A stretch of 57,908 nt of DNA, filler included, from Catajapyx aquilonaris (lineage: Eukaryota), in the NCBI GenBank assembly GCA_000934665.2. It is 2 parts of 2 records of this genome, joined end to end, with 100 filler letters (N's around TTAATTAATTAA, not from the genome) between each part and the next. Parts side by side here need not be neighbours in the genome. Positions count along the whole stretch, not along the records: positions 1 to 28,908 come from JYFJ02004849.1; 1 more part is not named here. One strand, 5' to 3'. Positions 1-13,711 of this stretch are shown piece by piece (positions within the stretch are counted from its first letter, which is position 1; each line of letters starts with the position of its first letter). The translations under genes and the position numbers were made by a program. Below the pieces are notes generated by a model, which saw nothing but the letters and a program-made list of their open reading frames with translations, was not told the origin of the DNA and ran no database searches.

Positions 1-216
1 TCAGGAGAAATTCCATTAAAATTTCCTGTTTATTAAACTTAAGGTCGACCTGGAAAAACAAAGTTAGTGGTTTAGGTTGAAGAAATTGAGAATGCCAGTA
101 ATGAGTACGACGTTGAACTTGGCCGTATTTCAGATCTCACCACTTTTGACGGCCTAGCAGTCAGGAGAACTTGGCCTTTTTTTACAGAAAGGTTTTTGGT
201 GGGATACAGACACTGA

Positions 217-508
217 CCGAAGCAGTAGTGGTGTAGTGGTATGGTGTCCGACTGCTAATCGGGAGGTCCTGGGTTCGAATCCCGGAGGCCGGCGACCCTG
301 ACCATGGTTTTCTGTGGTTTCCCATGGTCCTTGCAGGATAATTCCGGGGTCGTTACCGTAATATAAGCCACAGCCGCCTCCTTCCTTCCCTTTCCCTGCT
401 TCATTCCGGTGATGAGAAAAATAGTAAAAATGGAAGAGTTCGTCCAGACAAAAAATTGGGAGAAATCCCCCCCTAGGAAAGCCCGTAGGCTGATAATGGG
501 GTATCAAA

Positions 509-564
<56 letters not shown>
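217..564 (+). mobile_element. tRNA-derived SINE, family A (GCT-anticodon-like head), (ATT)n tail
   Basis: A box TGGTGTAGTGG, B box GGTTCGAATCC, stem-loop TCCGA-CTGCTAA-TCGGG and (ATT)n tail. Flanked by 12-bp direct repeat TACAGACACTGA (205-216, 565-576). Homologous copies at 38921, 41141 and 42643. Confidence 0.9.
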
Positions 565-567
<3 letters not shown>

Positions 568-1027
568 AGACACTGATGTGAGTTCATTTTAATTACAGTA
601 CAAGTGAGAATTAGGGGACATCCTGTGGATTATTCCACCCTGAACCACCCGTGACACGGTTGCCTAATGAGCATAATATTGCCTGTCGTAGCCTTGGATA
701 CCTATACCGGTAGTATAAGAATTATTCATTTCCATGAAGCTGAATAGCCAAAATCAATTGATGGAATTATTACATCTTGGAATGTCGCAGTATAAATGTA
801 TGAAATATTTCAAAAATGTTTTCATTGCTTGGTTTTACTTCAAGCCCGATAATTTAGTCTCATGTAATTCCACTATTGTTTCGTATAGAACTAGACGAAA
901 CAATAATGGAATTACATGAGACTAAAATATTATCAGGATTGAAGTAAAACCAAGTAATGAAAACATTTTTTTTCATATTTACCTGTTTGTAAACATTTTG
1001 TAGGTTGCATTTTTATTTTTTTAAAAC

Positions 1028-1290
1028 AGGGCGACACGGTGGCCGAGTGGTTAGCGCCACAGCCTTCCGCCTCTAAGGTCCTGAGTTCGATCCCCGGATC
1101 GGACAGAGGATGTTTATGCGGATAGAGTTTCGATGGGTTCTCTCCGTGTTCGCGTGGGTTTTCTCGGGGTTCTCCCGTTTCCTCCCACTATCAAAAATCC
1201 ATCACAGCAAATGCAATGATTAAACATTAAAGTCGGTCACTTAAAAAGATGATCCCCTAAAAAGCCCAAGGAGGCTTATCACGGGGTATC

Positions 1291-1360
<70 letters not shown>
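1028..1360 (+). mobile_element. tRNA-derived SINE, family B, with V-SINE-like core domain and (ATT)n tail
   Basis: A box TGGCCGAGTGG and B box AGTTCGATCCC. Central TCCGTGTTCGCGTGGGTTTTCTCGGGGTTCTCCCGTTTCCTCCCAC resembles the V-SINE core. Near-TSD ATTTYTTTAAAACA. Second copy at 13427. Confidence 0.88.
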
Positions 1361-1363
<3 letters not shown>

Positions 1364-2394
1364 TCTTTAAAACAAAACACATTTCTGTCCGCTCTTCAAC
1401 CCCTCACTCCTAGCTTCTTGCATTTACTTCCCAACCACTCTTGATTTGTTCTTTACAATCTTACCACTCCCCACCAGTGTTGATGTCAGTTCCTTTCAAT
1501 CCTAACTAGTCTCCACGTCCTTATAAATCATGCCAGTGACCAATCGAATTTCTTGCAATCCCCATAAGTGCAGCTCATCCTATTCAATAAGCAGTGTCCT
1601 TTGGCCTCCCAGGATGAAAACAATCCCTGAGGGCGCATTTAGCGCAAAAAAATTCGTCGATATCGCTAAGTACTTCACGGTTAAGCTCTAGACAATGGAA
1701 GTGAAGGCTGGACTGTTAATCAATGTTCTTGATATGTGTATACTTTCAGTTAATTAACGGGAATTTAATGACACGGCAAAGGTTGCCTGTATATCCCCCG
1801 GAGTTACTTTCAAGTACACTTAATCATGCTGCGCGTGTTGAAAATAAGTTATTAATGCAAGGAACGTCAATCAACTTCCTAGTTAATCTATTCCTCTTCA
1901 CAGGAAGTTGCTGCGGAATTAAAAGTTTTCAGCCATGAATAAATGCATTAAAGAAAGCTAGCGCCACATTTTGATGTTGCTCATCAAGAAAAGTGCCGCC
2001 TCTCAGAAAAGAAATCCTTTACCGATATTTTTCTGTAGGTTATTTCTGCATTTCCCCCTTTTCCAACATCTGATCGAACTCCCTTTTCTCAGCCAAAATT
2101 TTTGGATGTCGGTGATTACATGTCAGGTTTTTCAGCACATGCCATTTACCCATGTTGCAATTAAGGGATGTTTCCGATCATCGATCTCGCATGGGAAGAT
2201 CCATAGAAGAAGGGTGAGGCCTCCAACCTCCAGCCATATACGCTATTGGTGACTGAAGCAATATTACACGTCTGTTTCGCATAAAAATATGGCCAGTCCC
2301 CGACTTACGTAAGTGGATCGCTTCATACGTAAGCTTAAGTCGAATTTTACGTAACTCGGATCATGTTTCTTTAGAAATTATACAGTATACTGTA

Positions 2395-2562
2395 GTGACG
2401 TCCCAAGGAGCAACACCCTATATCCAAAATTAGTAAGGGTGAAGGTCGCGTGCATGCCCTGCACTAACCCTCCCTGGGCCATCAGGGGGATAAGTGCAGG
2501 GCATGCACGCGACTTTCACCCTTACTAGTTTGGAGATATGGTGTTTCTCCTTGGGACGGTAG
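2395..2562. mobile_element. Palindromic MITE
   Basis: ~65-bp inverted arms CGTCCCAAGGAG...TGCATGCCCTGCACT / AGTGCAGGGCATGCA...CTCCTTGGGACG around a short spacer. Confidence 0.7.
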
Positions 2563-5500
2563 TAGTATTGGACCTTATTCATCTACAGTATACTGAAGTC
2601 ATTTGATTTTTCAAAATAACTATTGGTTGAAACAACCTAATTTCTCACAATCAAATTGTTTTTCTTTATGTTTTTTCTAATGTTCACCTCCATTTCTGAT
2701 AAAATATACACCTTGGCTGAAGTCAAAATCTGCTTGTAAATAACTGGCTAATAAGGGAAGCCGCCTCCCTTTAGCCTTTATCTGATGGGTAAATGGACAC
2801 GGCAGAAGGGGTGCTGTCCCTGCAACCCGACTCGGCATTAGCTGAAGGAGCCGTTAGCTCTGGTGTTTATCCTGCTGCAGGAGAAGGGGGTGGAGGGAGG
2901 GAGAACCCGCCTTTTGTGCTCATCTCGTCTGGTCTTCTATTAAGAGTCTTCTCCGGACCTGTTTGCTTTGGACCGAAGGGACATTTGCCAGGACGGACTG
3001 CCAACCTGCCCGAGGGAATCCTGATTCAATAATCCTGAACAGAGTTTGTTTCTCGAAACTTCCTCAGATTATCTTAGTTGTCCAGAATGTCAAATTCACG
3101 CCCAGGAAACCCGCCGGAGTGTTTGAAATATACGTAGGCTGCGTACCGAACATGGCCAAAGTTGGATGATGGGATGGAAGGAGGCTGTTATTTCGTGGCC
3201 AGAGAAGATAACAAAATCGTCGAAGCACTGCCAGAATGGAATTGCTTGTTCCCAACTCGAATACGCAGCCTACACTGGATTTATACCACTTCTGTTTTAT
3301 AAATAAGCTCACTTTTGTTGGCAGTTAATCAAGCCCGGCAGGGTGGGACACTTTCTCATGCATCAATTAATAATATTCTGATTAGTTGTGTCTGAAGATT
3401 ATATTATCACCATAAATTACAACTTTCCAGCTCAAATTATTCATAAACTATAGCCTACCAATATACGCATTCAAACACTCCGCAGTAATATGGCTCACAA
3501 CAACAACAACAACAACAACAACAACACAAAATAATAGCAGCCTATAAAGTAACATTAATATCAGTGATTCAGTGGGTGTAAGAAATCCCTGATTACGTAG
3601 CAGAGGTCATTTTATTACTGTTCATGAATGACCCCTGACACATTCTTCATTCCATAATACTATACAACGTAGTGCAAAAAATGGTGTTCATTATTATCAA
3701 GGTAACATGTAACGCTTGAGCATCAGATAATGGCACAAGCTTAACGTGCCTATCATTGACTTCAGACTAAACCCAATGGTTCTGACTTGAATGAAGGCAC
3801 CACCATACCCGTATGAAGTCACGGTACAATAGAATAGTAACAATGAGGAATTTTGTTCTATGATGACAAAAGGACAGGTGAAGCGGACAATATCTTTGAA
3901 AAGTTCCTCAATGCTGCAAACGTGCCGTGATCATTCAGCGAGAGAATGTCCGAACTGTTTTATATTTGTCCTGTTCCTGCAAATAAGTAGCTGCATGTGT
4001 TGCATTATCAGGATGTTTTAATCTGAAGGCGTGGTTTCAGAAAATCATGTGCGCTACTGCACAAATGTCAAATTAGAACAGTTGTTCGATTGTAATATTT
4101 TTCAGGAAATTCTGTGCACGTGCCTCATATTTCTCAATTCCATAAATTGCATGACTTACACGATCTAATCAAATATGGATTGTGTCGTGTTGCTTTTACA
4201 CTTTTACCTTTGACTTAGGCATATACTGAATGCTCCAGCCATACGTACACATCATAATCACATTCCCACATTGAAGCAATAGTCAGAATCTCAATTTCAT
4301 ATTTTTACTCTCATTTTGCGCATTATTCCCTCGGAGAATAGCTATGAAAAAGCCACTGTCTCGCGATATTGCAATTCTGCAGAACGTAATACACTCTGCA
4401 TACGCGAGGTACGTGCTGAATATATTTCAGCAACATTATCCTATGGTTCTTCAGTGATGATCTCCACCAAACCTGAAACAATGCATTGGCAGTCATGAGT
4501 GAAAGCTACGAGGAATCGCACAGCTAATCAACGCTATTGAGGGGCCTTACCAGAACTGAATTCAAATGTTTGGCGCCCGGAAACTATGAGTAGGAAGGAA
4601 ACGAATCCCTGGTAATAAACAGGGAATGGGATAGGTCCGGAAACTCATCGCTTCTGCAGCGTATCCTGCGGCAGGAAAGTCATCAATGCAGGGCCATCTC
4701 CGTCCATTTCCAAAATTGACGGAATCACAAAGTGAATTTGTCCTCGTTTTGGCCAATGACCTTTCAAATTGCTCCAGCGTACAGCGTACCTGCCCTTTAC
4801 TACTAGTTGAGGAAATATTAGAGTTACCTAATAAGCACGTTATAATTTTCACTTAGCTGTGACGTAGCTCTCTAATGACATATTTCAAGACTATATACCA
4901 AGCGAATCTAGAGTTCACTAGAATACCGGGGACACTCTTGTATATACAATACCTCAAAATGTCGTCGCTAGACTTTTTTGATAAATACAGCACCTCCAAT
5001 GATCCAATCACAGGGACTGCTTGCTTCATTTTTCAATGCCAAGACATGCCCTTCAGATCATAACTTACATGAGACACCTGAAATGCCACCTTAAAGCGGA
5101 TGATTAACGCACCAAGCTTTTGTGAGATACGAAAAAGCTCAAAGTTTGGCAAGCCTGCAATGTGGGCGGAAGTGCCATCTGGAGTCGGTGTCCAAAGTGA
5201 GGAGAAGCAAACAAGAGAGGAGAGGGGCGGGAAAAAAAAGGTCCTCTCAGGCCTCTCTCTCGTCTCGCAAGGCGCGACAGAGGATTAAGCCTTCTTCTTG
5301 CCGCTTCATTAAATTTTCGCCGTGTCAACACAAGCAGCAAGAGGCAGGAAGGGACAGGCGCCAATGAGCCCTTTGTTACTTCCCACCCACTTTCCCCAAC
5401 TTGTCCTGCCGGACTGAGGTTGCAGCCAACTTTGCGACTGCCAACAATGTGCCTGTGACAATGATATTCAGCGTGAATGCATAAAGAGAGTTGGCTTGTG

Positions 5501-6585
5501 CGGAGGTTTTTGCGGCTATGTTGACCAGTGTCCTGGATGTTCGTGTGCAGTCCGAGGCAACTATATCATACAAAATCTGTGATTGTGCCAGGGAAGTCGG
5601 TTCTTGAGTTACACTGTAGGGCGCTAGGATTAGTATAAATTTGACTGTACAAAAAAACCAAACACCGTTGATATTTTGACTGAATTGTGCCCGTCCCATG
5701 TGGAACTACTTTTGTCGCAGTACACCTTCCCCCCTAGGCGGAAGAATATTTACGAAGGTTCGAAGTTAAAGTGATTGGAGTATAGAAGGTCTGTCAGGGA
5801 TAAGTTATGTCCCATGTGAAATTCAAGATTCAGGTGAATGATCAGCGGCTGTCGGCGACGGTAAACGAGGCGTTTCTCGGGAATTGCCGCGGTTGAATCA
5901 GAGGCGCTCATATTTGCTACTGGGAAAGGGACTTGATATAGGGACGGTGTTCATGTAAGGAAAAGCAGACTGTATGGCTTCAAAGTGATGATGCGAGTAA
6001 TCCGTCGCTGGGGATGAAATCCTGCCTATAACTTTCCCACAGATTCATTCCCTTTGAATGTATCAAGATCCATCCTATTGAAAGAAACCGTTCAAAGGTG
6101 AGGATGACATCAAAGCTTGTATTTGGAGTATTTTTGTGTCCCGAGGGACCAGGTGCGCAGAAAAACGTCACCACCTGTCACCATATGTACCTACAATATG
6201 GTCGTCAATGTTATTCTATTTGGATGCCTGGAGCAGTTGTGTTCGGAGCGTTGTTAAATTAGGGTGTACAAGGTCCTGCGCGTGATAGTTCAGAAAAGTG
6301 TGACAACCAACACAGCTTTCGGTGTGTGTGTGTGTGTGAATGGGATATACAGAAACGGTTGAACAGAGACAATTTGCACAACCCATTTAGCCTCTAGCCG
6401 TAAGCTATTTTAAGCTTTCACAACCACCTGTACAGTTGTTGCTATAGTCATGCGTGGATGCAAATGTCAGGTGTACAAATGGTGCAGTTTTTGTCATGTG
6501 CAATAGGTAGGCCTATAGCAAAAAACGTTACAACCCGCTATTGTTCTCTGCAATACCTAATGTGAGATATCTTTTGTACTTTCAG

Positions 6586-6742
6586 ACATAATGACCTTCC
6601 GTGGAATATCCGCAAATTTGTGCACAACCAAATTCACGACTTCAACTTCACCGCTGACTTACGCCAGGTGGAGCCATGGTCTCGAAGTCCCTGGTCTCAC
6701 ACAGACCTTCCGCGGCTACAGCAAGGAATGATAGGAGCACAG
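6586..6742 (+). CDS. Membrane dipeptidase (peptidase family M19, dipeptidase 1-like), internal exon
   Basis: ttcag acceptor and gtaagt donor. Translates (G)HNDLPWNIRKFVHNQIHDFNFTADLRQVEPWSRSPWSHTDLPRLQQGMIGAQ, with the HNDLP metal-binding and HTDLPRL motifs of renal-type dipeptidases. The upstream exon was not found in the window. Confidence 0.93.
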
Positions 6743-6813
6743 GTAAGTAATTAATTTTTTAAAACAACCTAACCCCCCGCATCTTAACTCATCACGCTAC
6801 ATCTAAATTTCAG

Positions 6814-6946
6814 TTGTGGTCAGCCTACGTTCCTTGCGGGGCCCAGCATCTAGATGCCGTTCAATTAACGTTAGAACAAATTGACGTAATAAGAAGACTA
6901 ACAGATCGCTACTCTTCTCAGTTGGTGTGGGTCACTTCCTCAGAAG
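6814..6946 (+). CDS. Membrane dipeptidase (M19), internal exon
   Basis: Follows a 71-nt GT-AG intron. Translates [44 protein letters not shown](G), with the typical WSAYVPC and TLEQID motifs. Donor gtaagt, phase-compatible with the next exon. Confidence 0.93.
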
Positions 6947-8349
6947 GTAAGTCACAGAATTTTTAAATTTCAATACTGAAACCGGAATTGAGTTGAAATA
7001 TTAATATTTCCTCGTGTATATGCAATTTGATCAGGTTTTCAATAAGTGAGATTTACTACAAAGGCAAACAAATGTTGCTTGTTTCTATCTCGACCAAATA
7101 ATCCTAATATCGCAACAGAGACACAATTCATCCGTGAACTCCCTCGATATTGTCTCCAAGCTTGGAAATTCAACGTCATTATCAAGATTAGGACCGCATT
7201 GGGACTGCACCGAGACAATTTCTTTTCTCTGCGCAACAACCGATAGAATAATCCGGAGCGAACTCATCTCCAGCCTCCAAAAAAATTGGGCCTCGGGTCC
7301 TATCCTAGTCGGGTGTATTGGCAGAAACCGGGTCCTGTAGGTCATTAAATGCACAAGCTACGGCATCTGCACTCCATTCCCGTCATCGAGAGCGGAATTT
7401 CGCCCGGAAATTCATTATATACCCGGTGAAGGTCCGCTGAAAAGGGCACCGGAGTTCACCATTTTGGCCAGAGGAAATTGTCCAGCTTCTCAAACCTTTC
7501 CTGGCTAAAAAAAAGACTTTTTGTCCATTTCCTGGTGACATTTTCAGTCCCCATTCAGAAAGGGACCGATAATGAATGGCGAAGATGAAGCAATGAGCAG
7601 AAAGAGTGGATTGCAAGCATATATGTCCAAAGTTCTGGTTTTGGCCGCTTGAAGGCTCCCAACGGCTCTCAAGGGCCGTTACCCATGCAAGAAATGGCGG
7701 TTAGCCGCATAGGCCTAACCCTTCAAAGAGAGTTGGAGGTCACGTGTAAAACAGGCTTGACGGCTTCTGAGCACCATAGGAAACACGGCATACTCCAAAG
7801 CTGCATTCTGGAAAAATACACAGAGATTAATAAATGAGAGGTCAGTACTGTGGATGTGGCGTTACCTACGATGTAGCCGAAATTTTGTTTTGAACCAAAC
7901 GGCACCCGCGATTACGGAGTTAGAGGCTTATCTCGCGGTCATAAAGAGAGGAATAATAGCTTTTATGGGTTAACGGTTGCCCAACATTCATCTGAAATCG
8001 ATCAAAAAACGCCGGCGGGAAATTCGACTCCCGCTCAACATTCCAACTAAACAGTGAATCGCTATCTGAAATGAAAGACAAAAATACTGGCTGCGCATAT
8101 CTCCGCTGTAATTAGCACGTAAATAAAAACCAGCTGTTTTTTAAGCGATTCGGGCTGACTCTGTATTTCTGCCATTTGCCAAACTTGCGAGCTTGAGGGC
8201 AAGTTAATCGTGGTTGGTATACAGTCGAGTATTAAACATCCAGGCACAATAATTTTATGTTGTTAATTAAAATTCATGGGATAATTATTTTGTATCATTT
8301 GTGGATTTTAATTCATGCATGACCATAGGGCATGGGAGGTGTTTTTCCC

Positions 8350-8519
8350 CCGCCATAAACAGCTTTTCTGTCTTGGAAGTTTGCAGTTTTTAAAATTAAA
8401 TAATTATTATTATTTAATTTAAAAACTGCAAACTTCCAAGACAGAAAAGCTGTTTATGGCGGTTACGTCTGCTGAATTAAAATTTCAATTATTGAAATTT
8501 TAATTCAGCAGGTCGTAAC
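8350..8519. repeat. Two abutting near-perfect foldback hairpins
   Basis: CCGCCATAAACAGCTTTTCTGTCTTGGAAGTTTGCAGTTTTTAAA...reverse complement (8350-8462), followed by CTGCTGAATTAAAATTTCAAT-T-ATTGAAATTTTAATTCAGCAG (8469-8511). Confidence 0.85.
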
Positions 8520-8699
8520 TGATAACGTGGTGCTCTGGTATATACTGTACAATATTGTTAGGCTATATTTTAATTGAGTTGTCAAGTGACGATTCTGTAA
8601 CCTTCCACCTCTCAGGTTCCGCGTTTATTTACTACTCATGCCACCAGGAATATGCTCAAATAATGTTTAAAATTTCTTTTAAATTTATAATATTCATTT

Positions 8700-8802
8700 A
8701 TTACTATTAGCTTGAAATCATTTCATGTAATGACTTCAAGCTAATAGTAATCATGCAAAATCATGGGCGAAACGTGCATATTTCGCCCATGATTTTGCAT
8801 GA
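8700..8802. repeat. Two abutting foldback hairpins
   Basis: ATTACTATTAGCTTGAA...TTCAAGCTAATAGTAAT (8700-8751) and TCATGCAAAATCATGGGCGAAA...TTTCGCCCATGATTTTGCATGA (8751-8802). Confidence 0.85.
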
Positions 8803-11028
8803 CTTGTTTCATATAAGCAGTCTGAACGCTTTGAAACGATCACACACCTCCTGAACGCAACGTGTGAACCCTATAGAGGACGAAAATACAACCACTTTCC
8901 AAACTAGTCCATATCGATAAGATATCCAGTCAAGTGAAAAAAATTTACGAGTCTAGACTCGGTATTAACATGCCCTCCGCATTTCTACGTATGGGAATTT
9001 GTTTATCTGACGTAAGCAGGCGCCGGTATCTTGAGAGGCATTAAATTGCGTCAAGTTCGTCACTTCCCCTCCCACTCCACCCCCTTATATGTTATATAGA
9101 TCGTCATCAACAATTTATGGGAGATCATTTGTCTTTATCAGCCCGAAGGCGTTTACGAGCCGTCTCAAAACATTTGCGCAATTTGTTACGAGGACCTTTC
9201 CCACCAACCTCCTATTCCTCCACCCCTATTTCCCCAAAACACAAAAAAAACTTATCACAGTCCCCACTGGGAGGACGTTTCCTTTTGGCGTTTTACTCCG
9301 CCACTGACCCCCACTAAATACGGACTCTGAAAAAGTATAAGGCGCGGTTTTAAAACGTTTTGTGTGCATTTTTACAGAGTGCAATATACTCCAAGGCACA
9401 TTTTCTTGCAGATATAATGCGAAATCGGAGGCTGGCTCGCCTAAAGTACTTCACAGAAAAAAAAAAGTGTAGAAGAGTGCGCAAATACCACCAGCGGGTG
9501 AAACAGGGAAAATCAATTTCATGAGCGAAAAAAACGAAGAAAAAAAATGCTAAAAAAGAAAAGTTTTTAAAATGTCAATACCCACCTCACGGCTTGTTAC
9601 CGCCGAATACATAGGCGTCGCCCAACTTATGCACAAGTTGCAACGAAAGGCTCTTAGACTGATCTCATTATCCGATGAATTAGCATGGAAAAAATGTTAA
9701 TTTTTCCTTCGCTTCTCTCTCTCAAGGCAACTTTTCAAAAGTGCTTTTGAGCAGACATGGAAATTCGGGAGAAGATCGGGGAAGTGCGAGGAAAGTGTAA
9801 TTGGTGACATCAACAGGAGAAGGGCTGGAAACGGCACCAAAAAATGGAGAAAGGCGTTTCTTTCAAGGGAATAGGCAATTCACACTTTCATTTATAAATT
9901 ATCGAAAGAAATATCCTAAAAATTGTGCGGGACAGTCATCAATCCAATATCGTTTGAGGTCGCTGTACAGCAGGATTAGGAATTTTCCTTGTGTCTTTTA
10001 TCGGACTGTACAGATTCGATAAACGTCTTATATAAACTCCCTAGTATGGCCACTCATGAGCTATACGAGTACATACCACCTGCATAAAACGACAAACCTG
10101 CATATGATGAGAGCATGAAGTGAGAAACATCTGGCAAAGTTACGTTGCAGTTGACAAATGAGTGTGATGAAAAGTGCTCCTTTGTAACAAGCGACAACAT
10201 CTGAGACACCCTTGTATTATACACCCTCTAATTCCCTTGCTGAAGCCACGGTGCTGTAACGTGAGTCCACAGAGTTGGATATAAGTGGGTTATATATATC
10301 AGTTTCTCGTGCAGTGCAAGGGCTAGGCCAAGGATGTGGTTTTGAACTTGGATGACCCACTCAGCGGACAGATATTTAAAACCTAGAAAGTGTTGCTTTC
10401 TTTTCCCTCCGAAATTTTTATACATACAAAACGCATTAAAAATATAATCCCGAAGGCATTCCTGAAAGAGCAGCCTAGGAACAAAAGTCTTTACTTTTCT
10501 TTTCATATGCACGATCATTGATCATAGGTGTGCACTACAAAAATCATCAGAATGAATCACCCAATACCATGATAAATGCACGGTGATGATAAAAATAATA
10601 AAAAATCTAGTAGAATCCCTTGTGTCGTTATTGGGTGTGGTGCAATTGAAACGATACGTCTTTAAACTCGCAGAGTCCATTTGCTTCAAAAATGATTTAT
10701 GGGCAAATGCATTGTGTAGTCATATGAATCTGCCCATAAAACTAACGTGATCCAAGTCGATCGGAGGAGTTTGGGGATGCATCGCTTCAATTTTATAGGA
10801 AATAGTCATAAATGGTTTGGAGTTCTCGGTTCTTGCATGCGGCGAGTGAAAGGGTTACGATATTACGGAAGGATTGTCCTAAACCCTATTGTCTCCTCCT
10901 GAAAACCTTACTCTAAGACAGCCACATATTTGTATAGCCCATTAAAACGTATAAGGGCTGATCCTCCATTTTAATGACATCCACCATCACAACCATGATC
11001 TTAGAATACTCAGGTCAGGTCACTCCCA

Positions 11029-11380
11029 CTTATCACCGGCATGAGGTGCTCACTTGAGAGCGCCATGAGACAGCTTTTCACTGCTGGATTATTTGGCCCG
11101 GACTACGCTGAACTTAGGTAGAAGAGAAGCCTCTACGAGCATCTACTCTCTACTCTCTCTCTTCTCTCTCTCTTCTCTACTTCTCTTCTCTACTCTTCTC
11201 TCGTACATGCGGACCCAACCTGCCCGCCGGCGACCATGTTGGGTCCCCAGATGTAGCGCTTCCCTTTTGTACCTATAAAGTTAAGCGTAGTCCGGTAGGG
11301 TCGCCACATAATCCATCAGTGAAAGGTCTCATGGCGCTTTCAGGTGAGCATCCCATGCAAAACGCCCCGGCAGGCGATAA
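11029..11380. mobile_element. Degenerate long-TIR MITE / foldback element
   Basis: Inverted arms TGCTCACTTGAGAGCGCCATGAGAC...CCGGACTACGCTGAACTT / AAGTTAAGCGTAGTCCGG...GTCTCATGGCGCTTTCAGGTGAGCA around a CT-rich centre. Confidence 0.65.
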
Positions 11381-13426
11381 GATAAGACTGTAGGGGTAGT
11401 GTCCGTGGGCTGATCACAGCCCAAACGTGATAACTTAATGCTCAAGAGGCGGAGTTGTCATATCTTGCACATGATAATTTCGATAATCTAGTAAACGCAT
11501 TCTGATATTATGTCAGTGACGCATTTTTCTGTCCTTCTTTTTTCAGAATATACTCGCATTTATCACACACACTGTTCAGGTAAAATGTGACATGATCTAG
11601 GGAAATGTGTATCTCACTGGACATTAATCGACCTATCTCTGCCTTTTGGACTTTCCTCCATTTTCTGACTTGCCCACTTCACCTTACTAAAATGTTGGAA
11701 CTGTCCCACATCAAAAGGAAACGCCCAATAAAGCCCTGAAAACTTTATAGGTATAATTAAGAAAGGGCAAGTTTTGAACACTGCAGCTATGACAAAACTA
11801 ACAATGCCTGCAGGACACGGACTCCTGAAAAAAAACTGGAAGAAAGACGACCCCTCAAAAGTGAGCCAGCCCTTGTTCGCTCCCTTGGGCCATTGACCCT
11901 GTGGATTGTGACTTCCTGATGATCGCGTGGCGGAGGAGGCAGGGGGTACGGACTGGGGGGCAGGTTCCGTCTTAATAGTGTCCTAGAGGCAGCAGCAAAA
12001 ATGCCTATCCTCTCCCGGAGCGGAAGGAACTTGACTAGAATCGCCTTGCCGGCAACCCCTCTCTTTCCACCTTCGCCTTCCATACCTCTCTCTTTCCTTT
12101 TTTTTATCGCCCATTCCACTTTCTTTAGGTGGAAGCGCAGGAGAGAAGCTCGGGCACTTTGGGAAGGAATGGGGAAAACTCGGGAAGGATTTAAAAAGAC
12201 ATCCAACGGCCCCTTAACTTGTATTCCAGGGCTGGCCGGAAAACGGCTATACCACGGGGCGGATGGATACAGTGTGAGTCGCCAAAGTGCGTCATGCCGA
12301 CCGCACTCGCCCAAACCTGCCTTTACGGCTACTTTGCTATGGCCCATCCTACTCCGCATGCTGTGATTTGCCAATATTGTGGAATGCTGTGCACTGTGTA
12401 GGCTATCCGCAAGTTGGACCGGCTGGACCATACCTGAAATGGACGATTGTACACGTTGACAAAAGAAATAATGCTGAAAATCAGTTAGACAACTGGGGAA
12501 CACTTCTGACTGTCCTGATTATATAAAAACTCGACAAAGAACGGCCAGTAATACAAAATGGTAGCCCCCACGTGCATTTGCTTGTTCATAAGAGTCAATG
12601 TTGTCGGCATCATCAGCAAATGGATACTGTTGGTTTGAAACCAGCAGGCTATTGGAATAATCATTTGGCATGGAAATTACGAAATCGACTCGAAAGTTTT
12701 GAAAATGACAGAGAAACTCGTCCAAGTCATGTTTTAACCTGTCCCCTGAGCGATATCCCGGATTATCGGAGCAGTAATAATTTCCTTCCTGATTTCACCA
12801 CCGAATCTTCTCGCCAAAATTCTCTCAGCTTGCAAAGTTGCTCGTTTCAAGGTGCCCCTCCGCATATTAAATGTACCTCCCCTGATTAATTCCCAAATTA
12901 GCTCTAATTGATCAGGAATGAGATCGATGCTCCCCCTAATATTTGTATTCCCGGGCCAGTACCGTTCGTTAGAACCACTGTCGAATGGATTTCACGCTTT
13001 TATTAAGGAACTCGCGGATAAAATGTCGGGAATTTTAACCCCATACTCTCGTCAGACTTGACGGAAATGTGTCTGAGACTATAATTATACTATTCCAACA
13101 GCTTTTCTGTCGAAATTCAGCTTCAGCTATTATTATTAGCCGATATAAACTCTTCCACCTAGGTAGTTCATGACCGTGCATGCTATATCGTATAATGAAT
13201 GCTGTACACAGTAATAGGCTGAACTAATTTGGTTGTAAAATGTGATATCGATATAGTAATTAGGGGCAGTCTAATGCAGCAAATTAATTAGAGCTGCCAT
13301 GCAGTTCATCCACAGTTGAACTTTGTAAGTCTTCGTAATTATGGGGCAGTAACCTGAAGGTAACAAATGGAAACTTCGATGTGTTCAGGAGGTTGAGACA
13401 ATAATGTGTCTATATTCAACATAATT

Positions 13427-13711
13427 GGGCGCCACGGTGGCGTAGTGGTTAGCACCACAGCCTTCCACCTCTAAGGTCTCGAGTTCAATCCCCGGATCGG
13501 ACTGAGGATGCTTATGTGGATAGAGTTTCGATGAATTTTCTCCGTTTTCGCGTGGGTTTTCTCGGGGATCCCCGTTTCCTCCCACATTAAAAAACCCATC
13601 ACAGGACGGGCAAATGAATAAAGTCTGTGAATGAAAAGAAAATCCCCTGAAAGACCCCAGGAGGCCTATCACGGGGTATCCATTATTAAATTATTATTAT
13701 ATTATATATTA
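13427..13711 (+). mobile_element. SINE family B (V-domain-like) copy
   Basis: Homologous to 1028-1360. Perfect 16-bp TSD TATATTCAACATAATT (13411-13426, 13712-13727). Confidence 0.9.

Noticed and set aside
217..290. SINE heads as genuine tRNA genes (e.g. tRNA-Ser GCT)
   Set aside because: No proper acceptor stem or terminator. They continue into a SINE body with a tail and TSDs.
154..573. ORFs overlapping SINEs (also 13385, 29385, 41256, 42623, 54486)
   Set aside because: Chance frames through SINE bodies and tails.
11787..12725. 238-aa and neighbouring ORFs in the long dipeptidase intron
   Set aside because: No recognisable motifs; composition follows purine/pyrimidine tracts. The 12519-12745 minus frame is exon-like but unsupported.
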